A DNA stretch of 64,000 bases from an uncultured Halobellus sp. (lineage in GTDB: Archaea; Halobacteriota; Halobacteria; Halobacteriales; Haloferacaceae), in assembly GCA_964556645.1 (NCBI GenBank), contig CAZKXC010000002.1:14496-78495 (forward strand). Direction: 5' to 3'. Position numbers and translations under genes: made by a program. Of the stretch, positions 45,948-55,960 are shown piece by piece. The notes beneath the pieces are model-generated. The model saw only the letters and a program-made list of their open reading frames with translations. It was not told the DNA's origin and ran no database searches. Within the stretch, counting starts at the first letter, position 1. Each line of letters begins with the position of its first letter.

Positions 45948-46358
45948 ATGGACGCCTTCGTGTACGGGACCCTCACCGAGCCGGCTCGGGTCGGCGACCT
46001 GCTCGACTCCTTCGTCTTTGTGGGGCCGGCGACGCTCCGCGGCCTCCACCTCGTCGAGGGCCGGTATCCGACGCTCGCTCCGGGCGGGGAGACGGCCGGG
46101 CGGCTCCTCCGCACCGACGAGGTCTCGGCGCTCGACGGGTACGAGCGCGTCGACGACGGGCTCTACGTTCGGGTGACGGTCCCGCTCGACGCCCCGGACG
46201 GGTACCCCCCGGAGGCGGCCGTCTACGTCGGCGAGCCCGACCGGCTCGACGCGAACACGACGTGGCCCGGCGCGGGTAGCTTCCGCGACCGGGTGACCGA
46301 CTACCTCGCCGCGAACGACGTGGCCGTCCGGCTCGGCGATCGTCTGACGGGCGGATGA
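45948..46358 (+). CDS. Gamma-glutamylcyclotransferase family protein
   Basis: FVYGTL, YPTL.PG, LDGYE...Y.R. Confidence 0.88.
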   Translation: MDAFVYGTLTEPARVGDLLDSFVFVGPATLRGLHLVEGRYPTLAPGGETAGRLLRTDEVSALDGYERVDDGLYVRVTVPLDAPDGYPPEAAVYVGEPDRLDANTTWPGAGSFRDRVTDYLAANDVAVRLGDRLTGG

Positions 46359-46514
46359 CGCCGCTTTCGTCCCCCGATTTCACTTTCACTCCGGCTGCCG
46401 GACCTTTTTGTATCCCGCGGCGTTCGTTTCAACCGCACGTCACACGCGTGCATTCCCCCACCCTTTCGCGGCGTCGACCGGAACCGATTAGCCCCCGGCG
46501 TCGCCACCACGGGT

Positions 46515-47729
46515 ATGCTCTCGTTGTCTGACATCCGCGACGCCCGCGAGCGGGTCGCCGGCGTCGCCCGCCACACCCCGTTGGAGCGGTCGCGGACGTT
46601 CTCGGAGATGACCGGAGCGGCGGTCCACCTCAAACTCGAGAACTTCCAACGCACCGGCGCGTTCAAGATCCGCGGCGCGACCAACCGGATCGCGACCCTC
46701 TCGCCGTCGGCGCAGGCGGCCGGCGTCGTCACCGCGAGCGCCGGCAACCACGCGCAGGGCGTCGCGCTCGCGGCCGAGCGCGCGGGCGTCGACGCCACCG
46801 TCGTGATGCCGCGATTCGCCCCCGTCTCGAAGGTGAAAGCCACCCGCGGCTACGGCGCGACCGTCCGGCTCGAAGGCGTCGACTACGACGAGGCGCAGGC
46901 CGCTGCCCACGAGCTCGAACGCGAGCAGGGGCTGACGTACGTCCACGCCTTCGACGACCCCGCGGTCATGGCCGGACAGGGCACCCTCGGATTAGAGATC
47001 GCCGACGACTGTCCCGACCTCGACACGGTCGTCGTTCCGATCGGCGGCGGCGGCCTGATCGCCGGCGTCGCCGTCGCGATCAAGGAGACGCTCGGTCACG
47101 ACGTCCGCGTCGTCGGCGTTCAGGCCGAGGGAGCCGCCTCCGCGGCCGCGTCGATCGCCGACGGCGAGCGCCACGAGCTCGAGGGCGTCGACACGATCGC
47201 CGACGGGATCGCCACCCGCGCGGTCGGCGAACGACCCCTGGAGGTGATGACGACCTACGTCGACGAGGTGGTCACCGTCGACGACCGCGAGATCGCGCTC
47301 GCGCTCACGCTGCTTCTCCAGCGGTCGAAGACGCTCGTCGAGGGAGCCGGCGCGGTCGCGCTCGCGGCGACGCTCTCCGAGGCGTTCGCGTACGACGACG
47401 ACGAGCGGATCGTCGCCGCGTTGTGCGGCGGCAACATCGACCTCAACCGGCTCGGCACCGTGATCCGCCGCGGGCTCGTCCAGATGGGTCGGTACCTCAA
47501 GATCACCGTCGACCTGAAAGACCGCCCCGGCGAGCTCGAACGCGTCTCCAGCATCGTCGCCCGCGCCGGCGCGAACGTGTACGCGGTCCACCACGACCGG
47601 ACCTCCCGAGACGTCGCGGTCAACGCCGCCGAACTGGAGCTCGAATTGGAGACCGACGACGCCGACCACGCCGCGAGCATCGTCGAGGAGCTCGAGGCGG
47701 ACGGCTACGAGGTGGAGATACTCTCGTGA
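46515..47729 (+). CDS. ilvA: Threonine ammonia-lyase with C-terminal ACT domain
   Basis: KLENFQRTGAFKIRGA, SAGNHAQG, PIGGGGL, GGNID, ACT motif DRPGEL. Confidence 0.95.
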   Translation: MLSLSDIRDARERVAGVARHTPLERSRTFSEMTGAAVHLKLENFQRTGAFKIRGATNRIATLSPSAQAAGVVTASAGNHAQGVALAAERAGVDATVVMPRFAPVSKVKATRGYGATVRLEGVDYDEAQAAAHELEREQGLTYVHAFDDPAVMAGQGTLGLEIADDCPDLDTVVVPIGGGGLIAGVAVAIKETLGHDVRVVGVQAEGAASAAASIADGERHELEGVDTIADGIATRAVGERPLEVMTTYVDEVVTVDDREIALALTLLLQRSKTLVEGAGAVALAATLSEAFAYDDDERIVAALCGGNIDLNRLGTVIRRGLVQMGRYLKITVDLKDRPGELERVSSIVARAGANVYAVHHDRTSRDVAVNAAELELELETDDADHAASIVEELEADGYEVEILS

Positions 47730-47766
47730 CGGTCGCCCGGCGCCGACCCGACGGCGCGCGGCCGGC

Positions 47767-48837
47767 TCAGTCGTCGCTCTCCGCGGCGACCGGCGCGGGC
47801 TCGTACAGCCCGCCCGCCCGCTCGAGGTCCGAGAGGTAGTCGTCGGCGTCGAGCGCGGCTTTCACGCCCATCCCGCCGGCCGTGACCGCCTGCTGGTAGT
47901 GGTGGTCGACCACGTCGCCGGCGCCGAAGAGCCCCTCGACGGCGGTCGCCGTCTGGTCCGCGCCGCGGCCGTCCTCCGTGTACAGGTAGCCCGCGTCGTC
48001 GCGCTCGACGCCGGTGTCCTGGAGGTACTCCGTGTTCGGGGTGTGGCCGATGGCGTAGAAGACGGCGCCGACGTCGAACGCGTACTCGTCGACCTCGTCT
48101 TCGGTCGCGGGGTCCGCGAGCTTCTCTTTGGGGTGGCCGTCGGGGTGTTCGACGAGGGTGACGTGGTCGATCCCCTCCTCGGGGGTCCCGTGAATCTCGG
48201 TGAGCTCGGTGTTGCGCAGAATCTCGATCGCGCCGTCGTCGACCTTGTCCATCACCCGCTCGATCCAGACGTCTTCGGCGCGGAACTCCTCGCGGCGGTG
48301 GGCGATATAGACGGTGTCGGCGAACTTCGTCAGAAAGTTCGCCTCCTCCATCGCCGCGTCGCCGCCGCCGACGACGAGCATGTCCTCGCCGCGGAAGAAC
48401 GCGCCGTCACACGTGGCACACGTCGAGAGGCCGTACCCCATCAGCTCCGCTTCGCCCGGCACGCCGAGGGTCCGGGCGGACGCCCCGGAGGCGGCGATCA
48501 CGGCGTCGGCGGTGTAGACGTCGCCGTTCGTGAGCTCGACCCGAAACTGTCCTTCGGGCTCCTTTCGCACGTCGGCGACGATCCCGTTGCGCAGCTCCGC
48601 CCCGAACTTTCGGGCCTGGTCTTTCATCCGCGTGATGAGGTCCGGCCCGGAGATGCCGTCGGGAAAGCCCGGATAGTTCTCCACGTCGGTCGTGAGCGTG
48701 AGCTGGCCGCCGGGCTCGTCGCCCTCGACCAACAACGGCTCGTTGTTCGACCGGGCCGCGTAGATCGCCGCGCTCAGGGCGGCGATCCCGCTGCCGGCGA
48801 TCAACAGTCGTCGGTGCTCGAGTATTTCGTCGCTCAT
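47767..48837 (-). CDS. trxB: Thioredoxin reductase
   Basis: GGQLTLTTDVENYPGF, CATCDG, GGGDAAMEEA, GDV...QAVTA. Confidence 0.95.
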   Translation of the reverse strand: MSDEILEHRRLLIAGSGIAALSAAIYAARSNNEPLLVEGDEPGGQLTLTTDVENYPGFPDGISGPDLITRMKDQARKFGAELRNGIVADVRKEPEGQFRVELTNGDVYTADAVIAASGASARTLGVPGEAELMGYGLSTCATCDGAFFRGEDMLVVGGGDAAMEEANFLTKFADTVYIAHRREEFRAEDVWIERVMDKVDDGAIEILRNTELTEIHGTPEEGIDHVTLVEHPDGHPKEKLADPATEDEVDEYAFDVGAVFYAIGHTPNTEYLQDTGVERDDAGYLYTEDGRGADQTATAVEGLFGAGDVVDHHYQQAVTAGGMGVKAALDADDYLSDLERAGGLYEPAPVAAESDD

Positions 48838-48969
48838 ACTATACTGTTCGGTACGACGGGATATGTAGGTTGCGCTGGCGGGATCTGAGCCGAATCGCCG
48901 GACCGCGACGCCGGCCCGCGGCGGCGGCCGACCCGCCGACGCTCGGCCCGCGGCGACAGCCGGGCGCTC

Positions 48970-50421
48970 TCACTCCGAGGGCTCTTCTCCCGGCTCGGCC
49001 GCGGCCGGCGTCGGCGGGTCGGCGAGCGCCGCGAAGAACCGCCCACGGATGTACTCCTCGACGACGGGCGTGAGGTCCTCGTCGTCGTCGACGGCCTCGA
49101 GAATCCCCAGAGGGACCTGCGCGCCGGCCATGTTGGCGTGGCCGCCGGCGGAGCCCGGGCCGCCGAGCGCGTCTCGCACCACCTCGCCGACGTCGAGGTC
49201 GGTTCCGCGCGCCCGCGCCGACCCGTAGATGACGCCGTCGGTGTAGCCGTACACGAACGTCACGGAGATCCCCTCCATGTCGAGCAGTCGGTCGGCCGCC
49301 TGCGCGAGGGCGTCCCGGTCGCCGATCTCGCCGACGCAGCTGGCGACCGCCGACCCTCGGACCTCGCGTCGATCGATCGCCGTCGCGAGCACGCGAAGCG
49401 TCTCGTGGCTCATGCTGGGGCTCTCGACGCGCTCGAGCGTCGCCTCGTCGACGCGCGGCAGCAACGACGCCGCGGCCTCGAAGTCGGGGATCGACACCTC
49501 TCGGGTGAAATCCCGGGTGTCGATGCGGATCCCGTACAGCAGCGCGGTCGCGACCGCGCGGTCCGGCTCGACGCCCAGCCGCGAGAGGTACTCTTCGATC
49601 AGCGTGCTCGTCGCGCCGGCGTCCGGCCGCACGTCGACGAACGTCCCCGTGACCGGCCCGCGCGGCGGATGGTGGTCGATCACGACGTCGACGGCCGTCT
49701 CCTCCGGCAGCGAGTCGTTGATCCCCGCCCGCGAGTGGTCCACGAGCGCGATCCCGCCGTAGTCGTCGAGCGCGATCTCCTCGACCGTCCGCAGCGGGAG
49801 ATCGAGCAGGTTCACCATCGCGCGGTTCTCCTGGTGGCTGATCTCGCCGCCGTAACAGACGTCCGCGGAGACGCCCGTCGCCTCGGCGATCCGCGCCAGG
49901 CCGAGCGCGCTCGCGATCGCGTCCGGGTCGGGGTTGTCGTGTGCGACGACGAGCAGCGGCCCGTCGAGCCGGCGGATCGTTCCGACGAGCCGCGGCGGGC
50001 GCTCGTCGTCTTCGGCCGTCTCCCCGTCGACGTCGACGGCGTGACAGACTCGGTTCGCCATCGCCTCTACGGGGTCGACGACGCGGTCCGCGATCGACCG
50101 CAGCCGCTGGCGCTGGTCGGTGGTCGGAGCGGTGCCGACGTGCGCGACGATCATCGCGGTGGGGTAGCGCGTCCGGGCCGCGGACGCGGCCGCGACGTTC
50201 CGCGCGGGGTCGTCGTCCGCGACCACCACGACCGCGGCGTGGTCCGGATACGCGCCGGCGTCCGTGGGGTCGGCCTCCACGGTCGCCACCCCGCGGTCGC
50301 GAAGCGTCGACGCCCAGCCGGTGTCGTCGGTCACCGCGAGAACGTCGTCGCTCCCCTCGTGGCCCCGTTCGACGAGCGCGTTCCCCACCGCGCTACAGCC
50401 GAGCAGCAGACGGCGGATCAT
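48970..50421 (-). CDS. DHH/DHHA1 phosphoesterase with N-terminal TrkA-N-like domain
   Basis: HDNPDPDAIAS, VIDHH, GIRIDT, SAR, GGH. Confidence 0.9.
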   Translation of the reverse strand: MIRRLLLGCSAVGNALVERGHEGSDDVLAVTDDTGWASTLRDRGVATVEADPTDAGAYPDHAAVVVVADDDPARNVAAASAARTRYPTAMIVAHVGTAPTTDQRQRLRSIADRVVDPVEAMANRVCHAVDVDGETAEDDERPPRLVGTIRRLDGPLLVVAHDNPDPDAIASALGLARIAEATGVSADVCYGGEISHQENRAMVNLLDLPLRTVEEIALDDYGGIALVDHSRAGINDSLPEETAVDVVIDHHPPRGPVTGTFVDVRPDAGATSTLIEEYLSRLGVEPDRAVATALLYGIRIDTRDFTREVSIPDFEAAASLLPRVDEATLERVESPSMSHETLRVLATAIDRREVRGSAVASCVGEIGDRDALAQAADRLLDMEGISVTFVYGYTDGVIYGSARARGTDLDVGEVVRDALGGPGSAGGHANMAGAQVPLGILEAVDDDEDLTPVVEEYIRGRFFAALADPPTPAAAEPGEEPSE

Positions 50422-50483
50422 GTGTCACCCGGAGGAGACGGCGACGCAAAACGCTGCCGTCCGCGAGGCGAGTCCCCGTCGCC

Positions 50484-53069
50484 TCAGCCGCGGTTCTCGG
50501 GGTCGGTCGCCGCCGCGACGACGTCCACGGCGGCGCGGTTTTCGGCCACGTCGTGTACCCGGACGATGCCCGCGCCCCGCTCGGCGGCGAGCGCGGTCGC
50601 GGCCACGGTGGCGTGTTCGCGGTCGTCCGGCCCGCGCCCCACCGCGTCGAACATCGACTTGTACGAGTGGCCGACCAACACCGGACAGCCGAGCGCCGCG
50701 AACTCGTCGGTTCGCCCGAGCAGTTCGAGGCTCTCGGCGGCCGACTTGCCGAAGCCCAAGCCGGGGTCGACGATCACCCGGTCGCGGTCGATCCCGGCCA
50801 CCTCCGCGAGCGCGAGCCGCTCGCGGAGGTCGGCGATCACGTCGTCGACCACGTCGCCGTACTCGGGGTCGTTCTCCGGGTCGACCGGCGCGTCGATGCT
50901 GTGCATCACCACCACCGGACACCCCGCGTCGGCGACGATCTCGCGCATTCGCGGGTCCTCCAGTCCGGTCACGTCGTTGATGATGTCGGCGCCCGCCTCG
51001 AGCGCGGCCGTCGCGACCCGCGGCTTCCGCGTGTCGGCGGAGACGAGCACGTCCCCGTCGGCGACCGCGTCGACCCGTTGAACCGCCTCGATGACCGGGA
51101 CGATGCGGTCGATCTCTTCTTCGGCGGGGACGACGTCGGCGCCCGGCCGGGTCGACTCGCCGCCGACGTCGATCACGTCGACGCCCGCCTCGACCATGCG
51201 GCGGGCTCCCGCGACCGCGTCCGCGAGCGCCTCGTGGCGGCCGCCGTCGTGAAACGAGTCGGGCGTCACGTTGAGCACGCCCATCACGGCGGTGGCGTCG
51301 GTCCAGGGATACTCGGCGGCCGCCTCGCCGTCCGAGCCGTCGTCGCTCCCGAGACGCGATCGGAGGTCCGCGGCGACGCCCGCGAGCCCGCCGCCGCCCG
51401 CGGCCTCGAGACGGGCACACAGCGCGCGGAACTCGGCGACGGACCCGGCCAGCGTGACGGGCGAGAGCTCGCCGCCGCCGAACCCGTTTCCGCCGTCGAC
51501 GTCGCTCCCCCGGCCGTCCGCGCCGACCCCGCCGACGGCGGCCTCCCCGCCGACCGTCCGGAGCGTCGCCGCGACCCGCTCGGCGCGGTCCTCGCGGAGC
51601 CGCAGCGTGTACACCCGGTGGTCGATCCCGTCGCGCGCGCGGCCGACTCCCGACGGCGGGACCCCGCCGCGTTCGAGCGCGCGCCTGGCGTCGGCCGGGT
51701 CGTCGACCGACCGCGGGGTCACCGTCCGGGTCATCGCCGCACGGGCCTCTGCGACCGCGAACAACGACCCGGCGACGAGCACGCAGTCGTCCTCGCCCGC
51801 CCGGTCGGTCGCCGCCGCGACCGCGTCGGCGACGTCGTCGCCGGCGGTCACGTCGTCGACGCCGGCGGCCCGCAGCGCCGCCGCCAACACCGCCGGGTCC
51901 TCCGCGCGGTCGATCGCCGGCCGACAGGTGATCGCGGTGTCGGCCGTCTCGAGCGCGGCCGCCGTGCCGGCGTGGTCCTTGTCGTGCATCGCGGCGTACA
52001 CGAGGTGGAGGTCGTCGTAGTCGTAGTCGGCGAGCGTCTCCGCGAGCGTCTCGCAGGCGGCCGGGTTGTGTGCGCCGTCGAGCACGGTCAACGGCTCGAT
52101 GCCCGCGACCTCGAACCGCCCGGGCCACGTCGCCCGCGCGAACCCGTCGGCGAGCGCGCGTCGGCTGACGCCGTCGCTCGCGGCGTCGACCGCGTCGGCC
52201 TCGTCGGCCCCATCGTCGACAACCGCCGCCGTCCGTCGCGCCAGCGCGGCCGCGACGGCCGCGTTCGTCGCCTGGTGTTCGCCGACCAGCGGGACCCGAT
52301 ACCGCCCCGCCGACTCGCCCTCGAACGCGACCTCGGCGTCCGCCAGGCTCACGCGCCCCTCGTAGCTCGCGACGATCGCCGGCGCGTCGCCGCCGTCGCT
52401 TCCCGGCCCCGCGACCGTGGTCACCGGCGCGCCGGCCTCCTCGGCCACCTCGCGGACGACCCGGAGCGCCTCGCCCGCACAGGCGGTGACCATCGGCGCG
52501 TCGGGCGCGGCGATGCGAGACTTGGTGCGGGCGATCTCGGCAATCGAGTCGCCGAGCACCGCGGTGTGTTCCAGCGAGACGTTCGTCACCGCGGTCGCAA
52601 CCGGGTCGACCGCGCTCGTCGCGTCGTACTCGCCGCCGAGTCCCACCTCGAGAACGGCGACGTCGACGTCGCGGCGCGCGAAGTCGTGGATCGCCATCGC
52701 GGTGACGACCTCGAAGAACGTGAGCGGCTCGCCGGCGGCCGCCCGCTCGACCAGCCACGGCTTCACCTCCGCGACGAAGTCGGCGATAGCCGCCTCCGTG
52801 ATCGGCCGGCCGTCGACGCGAATCCGCTCGGACAACGCCGTGAGGTGCGGCGAGGTGTACAATCCGACCGAGAGACCCGTCTCTCTGAGGATCGACTCGA
52901 CCATCCGCGCCGTGCTCCCCTTTCCGTTCGATCCCGTGATCTGGACGCACGCCAGGTCGGATTCGGGGTTGTCCAGCCGGTCGAGCAGCGCCTCGACGCG
53001 CTCGGTGCCGGGCTTGACCGAGAAGCGACGGAGGTCGAACAGGAAGTTCGCCGCCTCGTGGTAGTGCAT
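50484..53069 (-). CDS. folP: Bifunctional folylpolyglutamate synthase / dihydropteroate synthase (FolC-linker-FolP)
   Basis: FolC motifs GSNGKGS, TSPHL, EVGLGG, WPGRFE, DGAHNP; FolP motifs MGVLNVTPDSFHDGG, GGESTRPG, DPGLGF, RVHDV. Confidence 0.95.
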   Translation of the reverse strand: MHYHEAANFLFDLRRFSVKPGTERVEALLDRLDNPESDLACVQITGSNGKGSTARMVESILRETGLSVGLYTSPHLTALSERIRVDGRPITEAAIADFVAEVKPWLVERAAAGEPLTFFEVVTAMAIHDFARRDVDVAVLEVGLGGEYDATSAVDPVATAVTNVSLEHTAVLGDSIAEIARTKSRIAAPDAPMVTACAGEALRVVREVAEEAGAPVTTVAGPGSDGGDAPAIVASYEGRVSLADAEVAFEGESAGRYRVPLVGEHQATNAAVAAALARRTAAVVDDGADEADAVDAASDGVSRRALADGFARATWPGRFEVAGIEPLTVLDGAHNPAACETLAETLADYDYDDLHLVYAAMHDKDHAGTAAALETADTAITCRPAIDRAEDPAVLAAALRAAGVDDVTAGDDVADAVAAATDRAGEDDCVLVAGSLFAVAEARAAMTRTVTPRSVDDPADARRALERGGVPPSGVGRARDGIDHRVYTLRLREDRAERVAATLRTVGGEAAVGGVGADGRGSDVDGGNGFGGGELSPVTLAGSVAEFRALCARLEAAGGGGLAGVAADLRSRLGSDDGSDGEAAAEYPWTDATAVMGVLNVTPDSFHDGGRHEALADAVAGARRMVEAGVDVIDVGGESTRPGADVVPAEEEIDRIVPVIEAVQRVDAVADGDVLVSADTRKPRVATAALEAGADIINDVTGLEDPRMREIVADAGCPVVVMHSIDAPVDPENDPEYGDVVDDVIADLRERLALAEVAGIDRDRVIVDPGLGFGKSAAESLELLGRTDEFAALGCPVLVGHSYKSMFDAVGRGPDDREHATVAATALAAERGAGIVRVHDVAENRAAVDVVAAATDPENRG

Positions 53070-53200
53070 ACGCTGTGGGTCGGCTCCGCGGCGTTTAGGC
53101 GTACCGGACCGATGCGGTTCGCCGGCCCGCGTCATCGCCGCCCGTCGCGTCCCGCCCGCCGAAGAGGAACGCTTACGCGCGCCGCGACCCGACCCCGTCT

Positions 53201-54241
53201 ATGAACGAGAGGGCGGCCGACACGGCCGCGGCGTCGTCGGCGACGGCGGCCACGCCACCGACGGACGCCGGCGCCGACCCCGTCGTCGTCGGCGACGAGC
53301 TGCGGAAGTCGTACGGCGATGTCGTCGCGCTCGACGGCGTCGAACTGACCGTCGAACCGGGCGAAGTGTTCGGGCTGATCGGCCCCAACGGCGCGGGGAA
53401 GACGACGCTGGTCCGCGCGCTCACGGGAACCACGGGCGTCGAGGGGACGGTCCGCGTCTTCGGCTCCCCGCCCGACGAGGTGGACCCACAACGGATCGGC
53501 CTTCTCCCGCAGTCGTTCGACCCGCCGGAACGGCTCACCGCCCGCGAGCTCGTCGACTACTACGGCGGCCTCTACGACGACGCCCGCGACACCGCGAGCG
53601 TGCTGGCCGACGTGGGGATGGCCGACGACGCCGACGCGTGGTACGAGACGCTCTCGGGCGGCCAAAAGCGTCGGACCTGCGTCGCGACCGCCATCGTCAA
53701 CGATCCCGACCTGCTCTTCTTGGACGAGCCGACGACCGGCATCGACCCCGCGGGCCGGCGGGCGATCCACCGGCTGGTCGAGCGGCTCGCCGGCGGCGGC
53801 ACGACGGTGTTTCTCACCAGCCACGCCATGGACGAGGTCGAGCGGCTCGCCGACCGGGTCGCGCTGGTGCGCGGCGGGACCGTCGTCGCCGTCGGCCCGC
53901 CGGCCGCGCTGATCGCCGAACACGGCGGCCGGCCGCGCCTGGAGGTGACGCTCGGCGAGCCGACCCGCGGCGACGCGGTCGCCGAGGCGGTCGCGGACGC
54001 GGTCGACGGCGCGTCGGTCGACTCGACCGACGACGGCCTGCGGGTGCTCGGCGTGCGGCCCGAATCGATCGGCGCGGTCGTCGACGCCCTGGGCGAGACC
54101 GGCGTCGGGTTCGACTCGCTCGCGTGGGCAGAACCCACCCTCGAGGACGTCTACCTCCGGCTGACCGGCGAGGAGTACGCGTCCCGGTCCGAGCCGTTCT
54201 CGGCCGACGGCTCGGAATCGACCCGAGGCGGGTCGCGATGA
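53201..54241 (+). CDS. ABC-2 type transporter ATP-binding protein
   Basis: GPNGAGKTT, LSGGQ, LDEPTTGID, SH. Confidence 0.93.
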   Translation: MNERAADTAAASSATAATPPTDAGADPVVVGDELRKSYGDVVALDGVELTVEPGEVFGLIGPNGAGKTTLVRALTGTTGVEGTVRVFGSPPDEVDPQRIGLLPQSFDPPERLTARELVDYYGGLYDDARDTASVLADVGMADDADAWYETLSGGQKRRTCVATAIVNDPDLLFLDEPTTGIDPAGRRAIHRLVERLAGGGTTVFLTSHAMDEVERLADRVALVRGGTVVAVGPPAALIAEHGGRPRLEVTLGEPTRGDAVAEAVADAVDGASVDSTDDGLRVLGVRPESIGAVVDALGETGVGFDSLAWAEPTLEDVYLRLTGEEYASRSEPFSADGSESTRGGSR

Positions 54242-54999
54242 GCCGCGCCGCGCGGGTCGTCACGGAGTCGACGGCCGCGACCCGGTCGTTCCTCCGGCGG
54301 CGGACGGCGGTGTTTTTCACGTTCTTTTTTCCGGTGATCCTGGTCGTCATCTTCGGGGCGCTCGTCCGGACGCAGCCGACCGGCGGCGGGCTCTTCGCGG
54401 AGCCGGCGGGCTACTACATTCCCGGCTACCTCGCGGTCGTCGTCCTCTTCACGCCGCTGTCGCGGGTCGGCTCGGAGATCGCGCGCCACCGCGACGGCGG
54501 CCGGTTCGAGAAGCTGGCGACCACCCCGTTGTCGCGCGCCGAGTGGCTGCTCGCGCACACGGCGGTCAACGTCGCGATCATCGGCGCGGCGAGCCTGTTG
54601 ATCTTCGGGCTCGTGCTCGCGGTGACCGACGCGGCCGCGGACCTCCGCGTCTCGCCCGCGCTCGCGGTCCTGCCGGTGTTCGTCGCCGTCGGCGTCGCGT
54701 TGTTCTGCGGGCTCGGAGCGGTTCTCGGCGCGCTCGCGGACTCACAGGACGGCGTGATCGCCGCCAGCAACACGGTCGCGCTCCCGTTGTTGTTCCTCTC
54801 CGAGACGTTCGTCCCGCCCGCGCTGCTCCCCGAGTGGTTTCTCCCGGCGGTCGCGGCCTCGCCGCTGACGTACTTCGCGCGCGGCACGCGGGCGATCGTC
54901 GTTGAGGGCGGCGCGTGGGCCGGCGACCTCGCCGTCCTCTCCGTGCTGGCGGTCGGGTCGCTGACGCTCGGCGCGTACGCCGTGCCGGACACCGACTGA
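54238..54999 (+). CDS. ABC-2 type transporter permease
   Basis: ATGA overlap; FFTFFFPV, TPLS, LSETFVP..LP, SPLTY. Confidence 0.92.
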   Translation: MSRAARVVTESTAATRSFLRRRTAVFFTFFFPVILVVIFGALVRTQPTGGGLFAEPAGYYIPGYLAVVVLFTPLSRVGSEIARHRDGGRFEKLATTPLSRAEWLLAHTAVNVAIIGAASLLIFGLVLAVTDAAADLRVSPALAVLPVFVAVGVALFCGLGAVLGALADSQDGVIAASNTVALPLLFLSETFVPPALLPEWFLPAVAASPLTYFARGTRAIVVEGGAWAGDLAVLSVLAVGSLTLGAYAVPDTD

Positions 55000-55087
55000 G
55001 CCGCCGTCGCCCGGCGGGATCGCCGCCGACCCGAAAGCCGATGGTTTATACGCTCCGCTGCCGTTTCGGCGCCAACAGGGCTCTACC

Positions 55088-55225
55088 GTGACCACCGCCG
55101 AGTTCTCGTGTCCGAGCTGTCGACAGGTGATCGAGGTGAACGACGAGATGCGCGAGACGATCCTGCGAGCGGGTTGTCCGGTGTGCACGGCCGAGGTGAC
55201 CGACGACGACTTCGGGGCGCCGTGA
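55088..55225 (+). CDS. Small Cys4 zinc-finger protein (45 aa), not in the ORF track
   Basis: Hand translation from GTG: MTTAEFSCPSCRQVIEVNDEMRETILRAGCPVCTAEVTDDDFGAP; TTTATA at 55045-55050. Confidence 0.85.
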   Translation: MTTAEFSCPSCRQVIEVNDEMRETILRAGCPVCTAEVTDDDFGAP

Positions 55226-55234
55226 GCCGAGGCG

Positions 55235-55684
55235 TCACTCGGTCTCGACGGTGATCTTCCGCCCGGTCAGCCGCTCGGGAGCGAGTCGATAGAGTTCGAT
55301 GTCGAGGTCGGCCTTGCCGTCGGCCCACATCTCGAACAACGGCCGACGGGTCTCGCCGTACCGGGCGATCGTCTCCGCGGTGAGCGTCTCCGGGTCGACC
55401 CGTTCGAGCGTCCCGACGGCGATCGCGCTGGTGTACACCCGCTCCGTCTCGTCGTGTACGACGAGCCGGGCCTCCGGATCCGACGCGAGAAACGCGCGCT
55501 TCTCGCTGTCGGCCGCCGACACCAGCCGGAGAAACGCCTCCCGCGAGGTCTCGTCGTAGCCGTAGGAGACGGGAATCGCGTACGGAGAGTCGTCGCGGGC
55601 GAGCGAGAGCACGCCGGTCTCGTGGCGGCCGAGAAACGCGTCGACCGCCGACGCGGACATCTCGGCCTCGCTGCTCGTCGTCAT
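55235..55684 (-). CDS. Pyridoxamine 5'-phosphate oxidase-like flavin-binding protein
   Basis: FL..HETGVLSLA...PYAIPVSY, S.K, S.IAVGTL, LTGRK; TTTATG about 24-29 nt upstream. Confidence 0.88.
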   Translation of the reverse strand: MTTSSEAEMSASAVDAFLGRHETGVLSLARDDSPYAIPVSYGYDETSREAFLRLVSAADSEKRAFLASDPEARLVVHDETERVYTSAIAVGTLERVDPETLTAETIARYGETRRPLFEMWADGKADLDIELYRLAPERLTGRKITVETE

Positions 55685-55739
55685 ACCTACGTCTCCGCAC
55701 ACGTGAACATAAACCACACGAGACCTCGACCCGGGCCGC

Positions 55740-55889
55740 TCAGTCGACGGTGACGGTGAGGTCGGCGTCGGCGATCGGCGCGCCACAGACGGCACAGCCC
55801 GCCTCGAGCAGCGTCTCCCGCATTCCCGCGTCCACCTCGAAGGACCGGTGACACTCCGGACAGACGAAGGTGTGTGTCGGCGTCGTCAT
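55740..55889 (-). CDS. Small Cys4 zinc-finger protein (49 aa), paralog of 55088-55225
   Basis: MTTPTHTFVCPECHRSFEVDAGMRETLLEAGCAVCGAPIADADLTVTVD; GGAGG Shine-Dalgarno-like sequence upstream. Confidence 0.85.
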   Translation of the reverse strand: MTTPTHTFVCPECHRSFEVDAGMRETLLEAGCAVCGAPIADADLTVTVD

Positions 55890-55960
55890 GTCGACGCCTC
55901 CCACGCGAACGCACATCAATCGACCACTAGGTTCTCGTGGCGCCGGAATCCGATCTCCGC

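Noticed and set aside
49138-53204. Long overlapping ORFs (647, 1087 and 841 aa)
   Set aside because: Arg/Gly-rich alternative or antisense frames of the DHH and folC-folP genes.
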